Shown here one piece after another: positions 37,492 to 51,748 of a stretch of DNA of 64,000 nucleotides (positions are counted from its first letter, which is position 1; the number at the start of each line of letters is the position of its first letter). A model generated the notes under the pieces. It saw nothing but the letters and a program-made list of their open reading frames with translations, did not search any database and was not told the DNA's origin. The translations under genes and the position numbers were made by a program. The stretch is from Anaeramoeba ignava BMAN. Its lineage: Eukaryota > Protista > Anaeramoebae. Location: NCBI GenBank assembly GCA_028826165.1, contig JAPDFW010000011.1, forward strand, positions 682,001 through 746,000. The letters are read 5' to 3'.

Positions 37492-39991
37492 ATGATTCCT
37501 TTAATTGAGAATAAAAATAAAGATGGAAAATCCAAAATGACACAATATTTTAGAAGAATAAGGCATATTGGTCATATGGATTTTGAACTTACATTTTGGC
37601 AAATGCTTCATTTATGTATTGATCCTCAAAAAGTGTAAATTTTAATAACAATTTTAAAAGAAAATTTATATTTATATTTATATTTATAATTATTATATTT
37701 ATAATTATATTTATATTTATATTTATATTTATATTTATATTTATATTTATATTTATATTTATATTTATATTTATATTTATATTTATATTTATATTTCTAA
37801 TTTATATTTCTAATTATATTTATATTTATTTTTATATTTATATTTATATTTATATTTATATTTATATTTATATTTATATTTATATTTATATTTATATTTA
37901 TATTATTTAATTTTAAAAAAAAAAGATATCAAGCAACAAAATTTCATCGACGTTCGTTTTTTCAATTTAAATTTATATAAAAAAAATTAAATTGAAATCA
38001 TTTACAAAATTAAAATAAATTCATTTAAAAATTCAGAAACTAAAAATCAATGGGCAAGAGATGATCCTGGATTTTTACTTGTTCAAATATTATTCATTTT
38101 AATTTCTTCAATTGGTTTTGGAATTTGTTTTAGAATTGATTCTTTTTTTGCTTTTCTGAAATTAATTTTTAAATCAATTTTTATATCTTTTTTATTACTT
38201 GGTCTTTCTGTTTCTTTAATTGGTTGGTAAATTATTTAGAAATTTTATTTAGAATTTATAATTAAATTTATAATTTTATTTATAATTTTATTTATAATTT
38301 TATTTATAATTTTATTTATAATTTAATTTATAATTTTATTTATAATTTTATTTATAATTTAATTTATAATTTAATTTATAATTTAATTTATAATTTAATT
38401 TATAATTTTATTTATAATTTAATTTATAATTTAATTTAATAATTTAATTTATAATTTTTATTTATAATTTTATTTATATTTTTAATTTATAATTTTATTT
38501 ATAATTTTATTTATAATTTTATTTATAATTTAATTTATTATTTAATTTATAATTTTAATTTATAATTTAATTTAATTTTATTTATTTTATTTTATTTTTA
38601 TTTATATTTTTTTATTTATAATTTTATTTTTATTTATAATTTTATTTATAATTTTATTTATAATTTAATTTATAATTTTATTTATAATTTAATTTATAAT
38701 TTAATTTATAATTTATAATTTTATTTATAATTTAATTTATAATTTTATTTTAATTTATATTTAATTTATAATTTAATTTATAATTTAATTTATAATTTTA
38801 ATTTATAATTTAATTTATAATTTAATTTATAATTTTATTTATAATTTAATTTATAATTTTTATTTATAATTTTATTTATAATTTATTTATAATTTTATTT
38901 ATAATTTTTATTTATAATTTTATTTATAATTTTATTTATAATTTTATTTATAATTTTTTTTTAATTTTATTTATAATTTTAATTTATAATTTAATTTATA
39001 ATTTTATTTATAATTTAATTTATAATTTTATTTATAATTTAATTTATAATTTTATTTATAATTTAATTTATAATTTTATTTATAATTTAATTTATAATTT
39101 TTATTTATAGTTTTATTTATTATTTTATTTATAATTTTATTTATAATTTTATTTATAGTTTAATTTTATTTATAATTTTAATTTACAATTTTTATTTTAT
39201 AATTTTTATTTATAAATTTACAATTTTTTATTTTTATAATTTTAATTTTATAATTTTTTATAATTTTATTTATAATTTTATTTACAATTTTATTTATAAT
39301 TTTATTTTATAATTTTATTTATAATTTTATTTTAATTTTTATTTATAATTTTATTTTATTTATAATTTAATTTACAATTTTATTTATAATTTTTATTTAT
39401 AATTTAATTTATAATTTTATTTATTATTTAATTTATAATTTAATTTATTATTTAATTTATAATTTAATTTATAATTTAATTTATATTTTTATTTATAATT
39501 TTATTTATAATTTAATTTATAATTTAATTTATAATTTTATTTATTATTTAATTTATAATTTTAATTATAATTTAATTTATATTTTTATTTATAAAATTAT
39601 TTCAAAAAAATAAAAAAGGATAATTTCTAATAAATATCTCAAGAAAACAGGATTACACATCGCAGAACAATTTGTTGAATTCCAATATTCATTTGATATT
39701 CATTGCAATTCATATTTTCCATTTTTCATAATAACAAACATTATAGTTTATTTGTTACTTCCAATAATATTATCAACAAGTCGAATTTCAATTATTTTTG
39801 GCAACTTTTTATATATATTTGCATACTCAGTTTATTTTTACATCACTTTTCTTGGTTACAAAGTACTTCCGTTTATTCAAAAGAGTTACGTTTTTTTATT
39901 CCCTTTAATTCCACTTTGGTTATTGTTTTTAATTTGTTCAATTTTCAAAATTTCTCTTTTGAATTTTTTCTTGTCATTTCATTTAAATTAG
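37492..39991 (+). CDS. UNC50: UNC-50/Gmh1 Golgi membrane protein; introns 37635-37925, 37952-38036, 38227-39618
   Basis: Spliced translation: 'MDFELTFWQMLHLCIDPQKVYQATKFHRQTKNQWARDDPGF...WIISNKYL...VEFQYSFDIHCNSYFP...YITFLGYKVLPFI'. Confidence 0.92.
38240..39595. repeat. Intronic (TTATAATTT[T/A]AT)n repeat filling UNC50 intron 3
   Basis: Directly visible ~12-bp units across 1.35 kb. Confidence 0.9.
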
Positions 39992-40369
39992 AAATGATTC
40001 TTTTTTTTTTTTGAAACAAAAGATTTCTTTTTAATCAAAAGTAATTAATTAAACAAAAAATACATTTTTCTTTTTCAAATCTTTTAAATTTTTATTTTTA
40101 AATCGAAATTTTTTTGTTTTTCCACATTTTTTTTCCTTTTTTAAAAAATTTAAAATAATAATAATAAAATTAAGTTAAAATTGATCAAAATAAAAGAAGA
40201 AAGATCAATTTAAAAAAAAAATAAGAAAAAAAAATTATTTTATTCACTTTTTAATTTTTCATTTTTCTTTTTTAATTTTTAATTTTTTTCATTTTTTTTA
40301 TTTTATTTTATTAAATAAAAATTAAAAAATTAAATTAATAAATTATAATAAAAAATAATAAAACGTAAA

Positions 40370-43324
40370 ATGGGTTTAAAATTATCATCAAAAAAACGAG
40401 CAAAACGTTCAGATTTAGTTGACCAACAATTACAAAAAGATTTAATACAAGAAAACCAAACAATTAAAATTATTGTTTTAGGTAAACAAAAAGAAAAAAA
40501 AAAAGCAAATTAAACCAAAAAAATTATAAAGAAATTTTGACAAATAAAAATAAAAACAAAAAAAAAAAAGCAAATAAAAACATAAAACATAATGAAATTT
40601 TGACATTTAATTTTAAAACAAATGAAATTATAATTAAAATTTTGTTATTAATTTAAAAGGAACTGGAGATTCAGGAAAATCAACATTATTAAAACAAATG
40701 AGAATTGTTTTTCAAGGAGGATTACCAGAAAATGATAAAAAACTTTACAAAGATACAATTAGAGCAAATATTATTAGAGATATGGTTTCTCTTTTAAAAG
40801 CAGCTGAAGATTTAGAAATATCTTTAAATGAATCAAATAAAGTTCGTTTATTTTATTTTTTTTTAAGAAAAATGACAAGATTCTTCGTCATTTCTTTTGT
40901 TTCAAAATTATTTATAAAATTCATTTATAAAATTAAAATTCATTTATAAAATTAAAATTCATTTATAAAATTAAAATTAAAATTAAAATTAAAATTAAAA
41001 TTAAAATTAAAATTAAAATTAAAATTAAAATTAAAATTAAAATTAAAATTAAAATTAAAATTAAAATTAAAATTAAAATTAAAATTAAAATTAAAATTAA
41101 ATTAAAATTAAAATTAAAATTAAATTAAAATTAAAATTAAAATTAAAATTAAAAATAGTCACTTGCAAAATATTTTTATAGTTCAGTAACGCCAGATTCT
41201 GAAAGTTTAAATCAAGAGCCAAAAATATAATAATAAAATTATGGGATGATATCAATTTAAAAGTTGCATTTCAAAATCGATCTAAATTCCAAATTCCAGA
41301 TCAAGCTGGATAGTAAAATTTAATTTTGATTTAATTTTGATTTAAATTTGATTTAAATTTGATTTAAGTTAATTGATTTAATTTTGATTTAAATTTGATT
41401 TAATTTTGATTTAATATTGATTTAATATTGATTTAAATTTGATTTAAATTTGATTTAAATTTGATTTAAATTTGATTTAATTTTAATTTAATTTTGATTT
41501 AATATTGATTTAATATTGATTTAAATTTGATTTAAATTTGATTTAATTTTAATTTAAATTTGATTTAATATTGATTTAAATTTGATTTAATTTTGATTTA
41601 ATTTTGATTTAATTTGATTTAATTTTGATTTAAATTTGATTTAATATTGATTTAATTTTGATTTAAATTTGATTTAATTTTGATTTAATTTTGATTTAAT
41701 TTTGATTTAATTTTGATTTAAATTTGATTTAATTTTGATTTAAATTTGATTTAAATTTGATTTTGATTTAATTTGATTTAATTTTGATTTAAATTTGATT
41801 TAATTTTGATTTAAATTTGATTTAATTTTGATTTAAATTTGATTTAAATTTGATTTAATTTTGATTTAATTTTGATTTAATTTTGATTTAAATTTGATTC
41901 AATTTTGATTTAATTTTGATTTAATTTGATTTAATTTTGATTTGATTTTTGATTTTTTGATTTAAAATTTTCATTTTTTGATTTAATGCAGATTTTGATT
42001 TTGATTTTTATTGATTTTCAAACCAAGATATTTTAAAAATTGATAGAATTTCCCAAATTTTGATTTGTTTTTAATTTGATTTTTATCAATAATTTTAACA
42101 TTGATTTAAATTAAAATTTAATTTTGAAATTTGAATTTTTGATTTAATTTTGATTTAAATTGATTTAATTTTGATTTAAATTGAAATAATATTTAAATTT
42201 GATTTGTTTTTGAGTTTAATTTTTGATTTAATTTTGAAAGAAGAAAATTATTGATTTAATTTTGATTTGATTTTTGATTTAATTTTGATTTAATTTTGCA
42301 TTTAATTTTTGAATTTGATTTGATTTAATTTTTTGAAGATTTTTCAGCAATGTTTCGAATGCATGAATCAGCTTTTTCTCCTTCAAACCAAGATATTTTA
42401 AATTGTAGAATTTCAAAGAAAAACTGCATTCTTTTTAACAAAGTTGATTTTTATCAATAATTATACATGGAGGTAAATTAAAATTAAAATATATTTGAAA
42501 TTGAAATTGATTTTGAAATTGAATTTGAAATTGATTTTGATTTTGAAATTGAAATTGAAATTGATTTTGAAATTGAAATAATAAATAAATAGAGTTGTTG
42601 ATGTTGGAGGACAAAGATCAGAAAGAAGAAAATGGATTCATCATTTTGATGACGTTGATGTTTTTATATATATAGTAGCAATAAGTGAATATGATCAGCA
42701 ATTATTTGAAGATTCAGCAATAAATCGAATGCATGAATCAATGTCACTTTTCAATAAAACTGCAAATTCGGAAAATTTCAAAGAAAAAAACTGCATTCTT
42801 TTTTTTAACAAAACAGATTTATTTCAAAAAAAGTTAAAAACTTCACCTTTATCCAAATTTTTTCCTGATTTTAATTTTGAGAATGATCCACAATCAGGTC
42901 ATGAATTTTTTAAACAGAAATTTCTTTCAATTGGAAGAAATCATAACCGACATATTTTTACTCATTTTACTTGTGCTATTGACACTGACAGCATGAAACT
43001 TGTTTTGGTATTTTAACTTTAATTTAAATTCTATTTTTAACTTCAATTTAACTTAAATTTTTATCCGATTTTTAAATTCAATTTAAATTAAATTTTTAAC
43101 TTCAATTCAAATTAAATTTAACTTAAATTTTTATCCGATTTTTAACTTCAATTTAAATTCAATTTAAATTAAATTTTTAAATTAAATTTTTAACTTAAAT
43201 TTTTATCCGATTTTTAACTTCAATTTAAATTAAATTCAAATTAAATTTTTAACTTTAATTTTTTTAGGAAGCTGTAAATGTTACAATCATTGAAAATCAT
43301 TTAAAAAAAGATGGATTCATTTAG
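40370..43324 (+). CDS. Heterotrimeric G protein alpha subunit, 6 exons (exons 3 and 4 partly corrupted in this assembly)
   Basis: MGLKLS start; G1 GTGDSGKST (40660); 'QDILNCRI'; G3 DVGGQRSERRKW (from 42593); G4 FNKTD; G5 TCAID. Introns 40482-40659, 40842-41158, 41313-~42338, 42473-42592, 43008-43267. Confidence 0.9.
41320..42330. repeat. Intronic (TTGATTTAA[A/T]T)n 11-bp repeat in G-alpha intron 3
   Basis: Directly visible. Confidence 0.9.
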
Positions 43325-43481
43325 GAATTTTTTTTTGAAAAAAGAAATGTTTTTTTTTCTTGCAACTTCAATTAAAAAGAAATGAAAAGAATTTTAATTT
43401 CAATTTGGATTTTAATTTTGAATTCAAAACAAAACACATTTTTACAAATTCAAAAAGAAAAAAACGAAAAAAAACTTTTTT

Positions 43482-46475
43482 TCAATCATTTTTTGAATTT
43501 CGAAACAAATCATCAAAATCCTTTTTTAAACGATTTTCATTTGGAAGAAAATTAATAATTTCTTTTAAAATTTGAGAAAGTTGATAATTTTCTAAAACCA
43601 ATTGTTTTTTTTTAAATGAAATTAAATTTGTTTCTTTTGAAATTTGAGAAATACTTGAATAAAGTTGAGAAAATTCTTGATTATCTTCATTTTGTTCAAG
43701 TTCATTTAAAAGTTGTGTTGTTTGTTTTTTATAATGAGAATAAATTTTTTCTTTGAGTGATTCAAGATTCTGGATATTTTGTAAAAGTTCTTGTTTTAAA
43801 TTCGAATCTTTACAATCATGTTTTTCAATCGAAGTTTTCAGTTCTGCAAATTTTGAATCAAGTGAATTTTGAGTTTGAGATTCTTGAAGAAAAAGTGAAT
43901 GAAGATGTTGAATATTATTTTGATTATTATTTTGATTATTTTGATTATTTTGATTATTATTTTGATTATTATTTTGATTATCGTTTTGATTATCTTTTGA
44001 ATATTATTTTGATTATTATTTTGAATATTTGAATTGTCAGAAATAATTGAAAATTGTGAATTATTTGGACTAATTAAATTTTCTGGAATAATTGAACTCA
44101 AAGAAGTATTTGAACTAATTGAAGATTTAAAACTTGAAAAACTTTTTAGGATTGAATTTGAGTTTGAATTTGAATTTGAATTTTGAATTGAATTTGAATT
44201 TTGGATTGAATTTGAATTTTGAATTGAATTTGAATTTTGATTTGAATTTGAATTTTGATTTGAATTTGAGTTTTGGATTGAATTTGAATTTTGAATTGAA
44301 TTTGAATTTTGATTTGAATTTGAATTTAAATTTTGATTTGAATTTGAATTTTGATTTAAATTTGAATTTTGAATTGAATTTGAATTTTGAATTGAATTTG
44401 AATTTTGAATTGAATTAGAATTTTGAATTGAATTTGAATTTTGATTTGAATTTGAGTTTTGGATTGAATTTGAATTTTGAATTGAATTTGAATTTTGATT
44501 TGAATTTTGATTTAAATTTTGATTTTGATTTGAATTTTGATTTAAATTTGGATTTGGATTTGGATTTTGAAATAAAATTGGATTTTCTAAATTAAATTGT
44601 TCATGTAAAATTTCAATTTCTGATTGATCATTATCCATAAGAGAAAAAGTACTTAAATCATCGAAATCATTAGTTTGAGTATAATCTTCAATAATTGATC
44701 TTGAAACTGAACAAACTAAACTACCTGTTGGTGTTGTTTGTTTTGGAAGCTTTTCAAATTTCATTTGAATAACAAGTTTTTTTTGATATTCATAACAAGT
44801 TAACTAAAAAAAAGTGATTAAAATTTAATAAATTAAAAAACACAAAAAAATAATTTATAAAACTTTTGAATTTAATTTTTTTCTTTACCCAAATATGAAC
44901 CCAACAACCTTCTCCATTAAATTTTTTCAATTTAAAATCAAAATCAACGAAAATTGCATTATTAGTTCTCTCAAGTTGCCTAAATTAATTAATATTTAAT
45001 TAATATTTAATTAATATTTAATTAATATTTAATCAATATTTAATCAATATTTAATCAATATTTAATCAATATTTAATCAATATTTAATTAATATTTAATC
45101 AATATTTAATCAATATTTAATCAATATTTAATTAATATTTAATATTTAATCAATATTTAATTAATATTTAATATTTAATCAATATTTTCAATATTTAATT
45201 AATATTTAATCAATATTTAATCAATATTTAATTAATATTTATCAATATTTAATAATTTTAATCAATATTTAATCAATATTTAATCAATATTTAATTAATA
45301 TTTAATCAATATTTAATCAATATTTAATCAATATTTAATCAATATTTAATTAATATTTAATCAATATTTAATCAATATTTAATTAATATTTAATTAATAT
45401 TTTTAATCAATATTTAATTAATATTTAATCAATTAATATTTAATCAATATTTAATTAATATTTTTTAAATTAATTAATATTTAATTAATATTTAATTAAT
45501 ATTTAATTAATCAATATTTAATCAATTTTAATATTTAATTAATATTTAATTAATATTTAATTAATATTTTTAATATTTTATTTAATTTAATCAAAAAAAT
45601 AATATCAAATTTAATTTTTCAATATTTAATCAAATATTTAATCAATATTTAATCAATATTTTCAATATTTAATCAATATTTTAATTCAATATTTTAATTA
45701 ATATTTTCAAATTTAATCAATATTTAATTAATATTTAATTAATAATTAATATTTAATTAATATTTAATCAATATTTAACCAATATTTAAATATTTAATCA
45801 ATATTTAATATATTTAATTTAATATTTTATTTAATCAATATTTAATTAATATTTAATTAATATTTAATCAATATTTAATCAATATTTAATTAATATTTAA
45901 TTAATATTTAATTAATATTTAATCAATATTTAATTAATATTTAATTAATATTTAATCAATATTTAATTAATATTTAATCAATATTTAATCAATATTTAAT
46001 TAATATTTAATCAATATTTAATTAATATTTAATCAATATTTAATTAATATTTAATTAATATTTAATCAATATTTAATCAATATTTAATTAATATTTAATC
46101 AATATTTAATCAATATTTAATTAATATTTAATCAATATTTAATCAATATTTAATTAATATTTAATCAATTTTGAATGAAAAATAAATTGAAAAGAAACAA
46201 TACTCTTGCAAGGAAGAAGTAATAAGAACAAGAGATTTTTCAGAAAGCATATCTAAATGTGGTTGAAAATCAGGTAAAAAATCAGAAAAAGGATGCATCA
46301 ATAAATCATTAAGATGGTTAACAGCAAAAAAATCAATGCAAGTTTGATTGGCATGAACTATTTGCATTTCTGTATTACAAAGAACAATCGCATTGTTTGT
46401 TTCGTTGATTTTTTGTTTTAATTGTTGAATTTTTGAACGGGAAAGTTTCTTTTGTGATGATTCAATGTTTCCCAT
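43482..46475 (-). CDS. PAS-domain-containing protein with myristoylation-like start, NS/QN repeats and C-terminal coiled coil; introns 46203-44980 and 44888-44804; frameshift near 44000
   Basis: 'MGNIES...INETNNAIVLCNTEMQIVHANQTCIDFF...LLMHPFSDFLPDFQ' (PAS core) spliced to 'FDFKLKKFNGEGCWVHIW|LTCYEY' (PAC-like). Confidence 0.7.
44985..46165. repeat. Intronic (ATATTTAAT[C/T]A)n 11-bp repeat
   Basis: Directly visible; fills PAS gene intron 1. Confidence 0.9.
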
Positions 46476-47064
46476 AAAAGAAATTAAAATAATATAAAAA
46501 ATATAGAAAGAAAAAAGGAAAAGAAAAAGGAAAAAAAAATTTTGGAAAATTAAATTTAATTAAAAAAATTTTTTTTATTCTTTTTTAATTTAATTTTCAA
46601 ATACTTAATTTTTATCCTTTTTTTCTATTATAATTTATCAATCTTGCCTTTTAAATTGTTTTTCTCAAATTATTGAATTGCTTTCCCTTTTATTTTTTAT
46701 TGATCAATTCCATTTTTGCTTTTTTTATTTTTTCTTAAAAGTGAATTTTGCTTTTTAAAAAAATTATTGTTTTATTAAATTCGAGTTTAATTTAAATTTA
46801 AATTAGAATTAAATTCAAAATTAAATTTTAAGAAAAAAAGCAAAAAATTATTTTTTAATTGGAAATTTCAAATAAAAATCTTTATTAATTTTTAAATAAA
46901 ATTTTAAGAAAATTTGAATTGAAATTGATTTATTATTAAATTTTAATTTGTTATAATTCATTTTATTTAGAATTGTTTTATTAAATAAAAAGGGAATAAA
47001 AAGTTTTATTTTACTTTTTTTTAATTTGATCAAATTTTTTCTCCTTTTTTTCTCCTTTTTAAAA

Positions 47065-49415
47065 TTAAATAAAATAAATTAGATTTAATTAATTTAGAAT
47101 AAATAAAAATTAATTAAAATTATATTTTAAAAAAGAATTAATATTTAAAATTGATTAAAATAATTAAAAAAAAAGCAAAAATATTGATTAAGAAATCTAA
47201 TAAAAGAAAATTAAGTAAAATAAATAAGATTTAATTAATTTAGAATAAATAAAAATTAATTAAAATTATATTTTAAAAAGAATTAATATTTAAAATTGAT
47301 TAAAATAATTGGTGTTTCTCAAAAATATTGATTAAAAAATTTAAATAAAAGAAAATTAAATAAAATAAATAAGATTTAATTAATTTAGAATAAATAAAAA
47401 TTAATTAAAATTATATTTTAAAAAAGAATTATAATTTAAACTTGATTAAAATAATTAAAAAAAAGCAAAAATATTGATTAAGAAATTTAATAAAAGAAAA
47501 TTAAATAAAATAAATTAGATTTAATTAATTTAGAATAAATAAAAATTAATTAAAATTATATTTTAAAAAGAATTAATATTTAAACTTGATTAAAAATAAT
47601 TGGAAAAAAAGTAAAAATATTGATTAAGAAATTTAATAAAAGAAAATTAAATAAAATAAATAAGATTTAATTAATTTAGAATAAATAAAAATTATTTAAA
47701 ATTATATTTTTAAAAAAGAATTATAATTTAAACTTGATTAAAATAATTAAAAAAAAGCAAAAATATTAATTAAGAAATTTAATAAAAGAAAATTAAATAA
47801 AATAAATAAGATTAATTAATTTAGAATAAATAAAAATTATTTAAAATTATATTTTAAAAAGAATTATAATTTAAAATTGATTAAAATAATTGGAAAAAAA
47901 GGTAAAAATATTGATTAAGAAATTTAAATAAAAGAAAATTAAATAAAATAAATAAGATTTAATTAATTTAGAATAAATAAAAATTATTTAAAATTATATT
48001 TTTGAAAAAGAATTATAATTTAAAATTGATTAAAATAATTAAAAAAAAAAGCAAAAAATATTAATTAAAAAATTTAAATAAAAGAAAATTAAATAAAATA
48101 AATAAGATTTAATTAATTTAGAATAAATAAAAATTATTTAAAATTATATTTTAAAAAGAATTAATATTTAAAATTGATTAAAATAATTGGAAAAAAAGCA
48201 AAAATATTAATTAAAAATTTAAATAAAAGAAAATTAAATAAAATAAATAAGATTTAATTAATTTAGAATAAATAAAAATTATTTAAAATTATATTTTAAA
48301 AAGAATTAATATTTAAAGTTGATTAAAATAATTAAAAAAAAGCAAAAATTTTGATTAAGAAATTTAATAAAAGAAAATTAAGTTTAATAAATTAGATTTA
48401 ATTAATTTAGAATAAATAAAAATTGTCTAAAATTATATTTTAAAAAGAATTATTATTTAAAATTGATTAAAATAATTGGAGAAAAAAAGCAAAAATATTA
48501 ATTAAAAATTAAATAAAAGAAAATTAAATAAAATAAATTAGATTTAATTAATTTAGAATAAATAAAAATTATTTAAAATTATATTTTAAAAAGAATTATA
48601 ATTTAAAATTGATTAAAATAATTGAAAAAAAAGCAAAAATATTGATTAAGAAATTTAATAAAAGAAAATTAAGTTTAAAATAAATTAAGATTTAATTAAT
48701 TTAGAATAAATAAAAATTATTATAAATTATATTTTAAAAAGAATTATAATTTAAAATTGATTAAAAATAATTGGAGAAAAAAAGCAAAAATATTAATTAA
48801 GAAATTTAATAAAAGAAAATTAAATAAAATAAATTAGATTTAATTAATTTAGAATAAATAAAAATTGTTATAAATTATATTTTAAAAAGAATTATAATTT
48901 AAAATTGATTAAAATAATTGGAGAAAAAGGTAAAAATATTAATTAAGAAATTTAATAAAAGAAAATTAAATAAAATAAATTAGATTTAATTAATTAGAAT
49001 AAATAAAAATTATTATAAATTATATTTTTAAAAAAAGAATTAATATTTAAAATTGATTAAAATAATTGGAGAAAAAGCAAAAATATTAATTAAGAAATTT
49101 AATAAAAGAAAATTAAATAAAATAAATTAGATTTAATTAATTAGAATAAATAAAAATTATTATAAATTATATTTTAAAAAAGAATTAATATTTAAAATTG
49201 ATTAAAATAATTGGAAAAAAAAGCAAAAATATTAATTAAAAAATTAAATAAAAGAAAATTAAATAAAATAAATAAGATTTAATTAATTTAGAATAAATAA
49301 AAATTATTTAAAATTATATTTTAAAAAAGAATTATAATTTAAACTTGATTAAAATAATTGGAGAAAAAGGTAAAAATATTGATTAAGAAATTTAAATAAA
49401 AGAAAATTAAGTTTA
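47065..49415. repeat. ~146-bp tandem satellite (~16 units) between divergent genes
   Basis: 'TTAGAATAAATAAAA' recurs at ~47094, 47240, 47385, 47530, 47676, 47821 ... 49288. Confidence 0.92.
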
Positions 49416-49645
49416 ATTCATTTGACAAACGAATTTTAAATTAAAAAATTTTTTTTTGATCATTTTTTATTTTCATTTTTCTCTCTCTTTTTTTTTCTTT
49501 ATTTTTTCCTTTAAATTTCTTTGTTTGATTTTAAATTGCTAATAGCAATTTTTTAATTAGATTTTTTTTACATTTTTTTTTAATTTAAAGCTTTTAAAAA
49601 AAACAAAAAAACAACAAAAAAAAAAACAAAAAAAAAATAAATAAA

Positions 49646-51575
49646 ATGACAACAACAAAAAATCTTATTTTAAACAATATAAACAAGAGATCAAGTAAAT
49701 CTGAACAAAAATTAAAACAAAAAATAATTCAAAATAATTAAAAACTAAAAACAAAAAAAACTAAAAAAAATTTTTTTTAATTTATTTTTTTCAATTAAAA
49801 AATCAACTTGCCCCCGAAAATAATAAAAACAACAATAAAAATAACAAAAATAAAAATAAATAATAATTTGTGACTTTTATTTGATTTATAAAGAAATTAA
49901 TGATCAATCAAAAAATAAAAAACAAACACTTTTTCAATGCTGTTTTGGTGCAAAACAACTTGTAAAAAAAAACAAAAAAAAAACAAAAAAAAAACAACAA
50001 AGATTTTTTTTCTCATTTTCTTATTTATATTTTTATTTATAATTTATAATTTAGAAAAAAATAACAAATAAAAAAAATAAAAATAATAAATCGAAAAAGA
50101 AAAATGCTTCATTAAGCAAACATTATGAAAATATCGAAGAAAATATTCAATTATATTTGTTATCAAGTCAATTAGAAGCAGATAAAGGAAAAAAAACACT
50201 TGTTTTAGATCTTGATGAGACTTTAGTTCACAGCAGTTTTGATGTAAGAACTTAATTAAAATTTAAAAATAAAATTAAATTTAAATTTAAAAATAAAATT
50301 CATTTATAAAATTAAAATTGAAATTAAAATTTAAAATTAAAATTTAAAATTAAAATTAAAATTAAAATTAAAATTAAAATTAAAATTAAAATTAAAATTA
50401 AAATTAAAATTAAAATTAAAATTAAAATTAAAATTAAAATTAAAATTAAAATTAAAATTAAAATTAAAATTAAAATTAAAATTAAAATTAAAATTAAAAT
50501 TAAAATTAAAATTAAAATTCATTTATAAAATTAAAATTAAAATCAAAATTAAAATTTAAAATTAAAATTAAAATTAAAATTAAAATTAAAATTAAAATTA
50601 AAATTAAAATTAAAATTAAAATTAAAATTAAAATTAAATTTAAAATTAAAATTAAAATTAAAATTAAAATTAAAATTAAAATTAAAATTAAAATTAAAAT
50701 TCATTTATAAAATTAAAATTAAAATTAAAATTAAAATTAAAATTAAAATTAAAATTAAAATTAAAATTAATTTATAAAATTAAAATTAAAATTAATTTAT
50801 AAAATTAAAATTAAAATTAAAATTAAAATTAAAATTAAAATTAAAATTAAAATTAAAAATATTTTTTGAATTTATTAGCCAATTGGTAATGCAGATTTTA
50901 CAGTTCAAGTAACAATAGGAAATGAAAATCATCAAGTGTATGTAAAAAAAAGACCCAATGCAGATTTTTTTCTACAAAGATTAGGAAATTTATACGAAAT
51001 AATAATATTTACAGCAAGCGATCCAAGAGTAAAAATTTAAATAAAATTAAAATTAAATAAAATTTAAATAAAAATTAAATAAAATTTAAATAAAATTAAA
51101 TAAAATTTAAATAAAAATTAAATAAAATTTAAATAAAATTAAAATTAAATAAAATTTAAATAAAATTAAAATTAAATAAAATTTAAATAAAATTAAAATT
51201 AAATAAAATTTAAATAAAATTAAAATTAAATAAAATTAAATAAAATTAAATAAAAAATTATTTTAGTACGCAAACCAAGTCATTGATAGAATCGATACTT
51301 CAAATATTGTTAAAGCTAGACTTTTTAGAGATGATTGCGTTCAACATTTCTCTTTCTTTGTTAAAGACTTATCACTTCTTGGTAGAGACTTAAAATCAAC
51401 TATAATTGTTGATAATTCTCCAGTTTCTTATCTTTTTCATAAAGAAAATGCTATTCCAATTAAAACTTGGATCGATGACCCAAATGATGATGAACTTTTA
51501 AAATGCTTTCAATTATTAGAAAGAATTCTTCCTTTGCAAAACGTCATTCATGCGTTAAGTTCTCTCCAAAAATAG
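49646..51575 (+). CDS. CTD small phosphatase-like (SCP/NIF, HAD family); introns ~49962-50054, 50244-50878, 51029-51266; 5' part uncertain
   Basis: 'LFQCCFG', '[17 protein letters not shown]|PIGNADF...VYVKKRP...YEIIIFTAS', 'RLFRDDC...[34 protein letters not shown]'. Confidence 0.9.
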
Positions 51576-51748
51576 AAACAAATTGCTCAAATTGTTTATA
51601 GAAAAAAAATTTTTTACATTTTTTTCATTTAAACAGTTTTTTTTTTTCTTTTTTTAAAAAAGAATTGATTAATCTTTTTAAAAAATTAAAAAAAATTAAA
51701 ATCATTTTTTTCCATTTTTTTTCCTTTTCATTTTATTTAAAAATAGAA

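Noticed and set aside
41980-42472. Apparent duplicated or scrambled G-alpha exon (AACCAAGATATTTTA at 42021 and 42386; GAATGCATGAATCA at 42357 and 42727)
   Set aside because: Uniform ~365-370 bp offset next to a repeat-filled intron indicates an assembly artefact rather than alternative exons, editing or a pseudogene.
47065-49415. Regularly spaced repeats as a CRISPR-like array
   Set aside because: Whole units are repeated with no unique spacers, no cas genes, and the context is eukaryotic.
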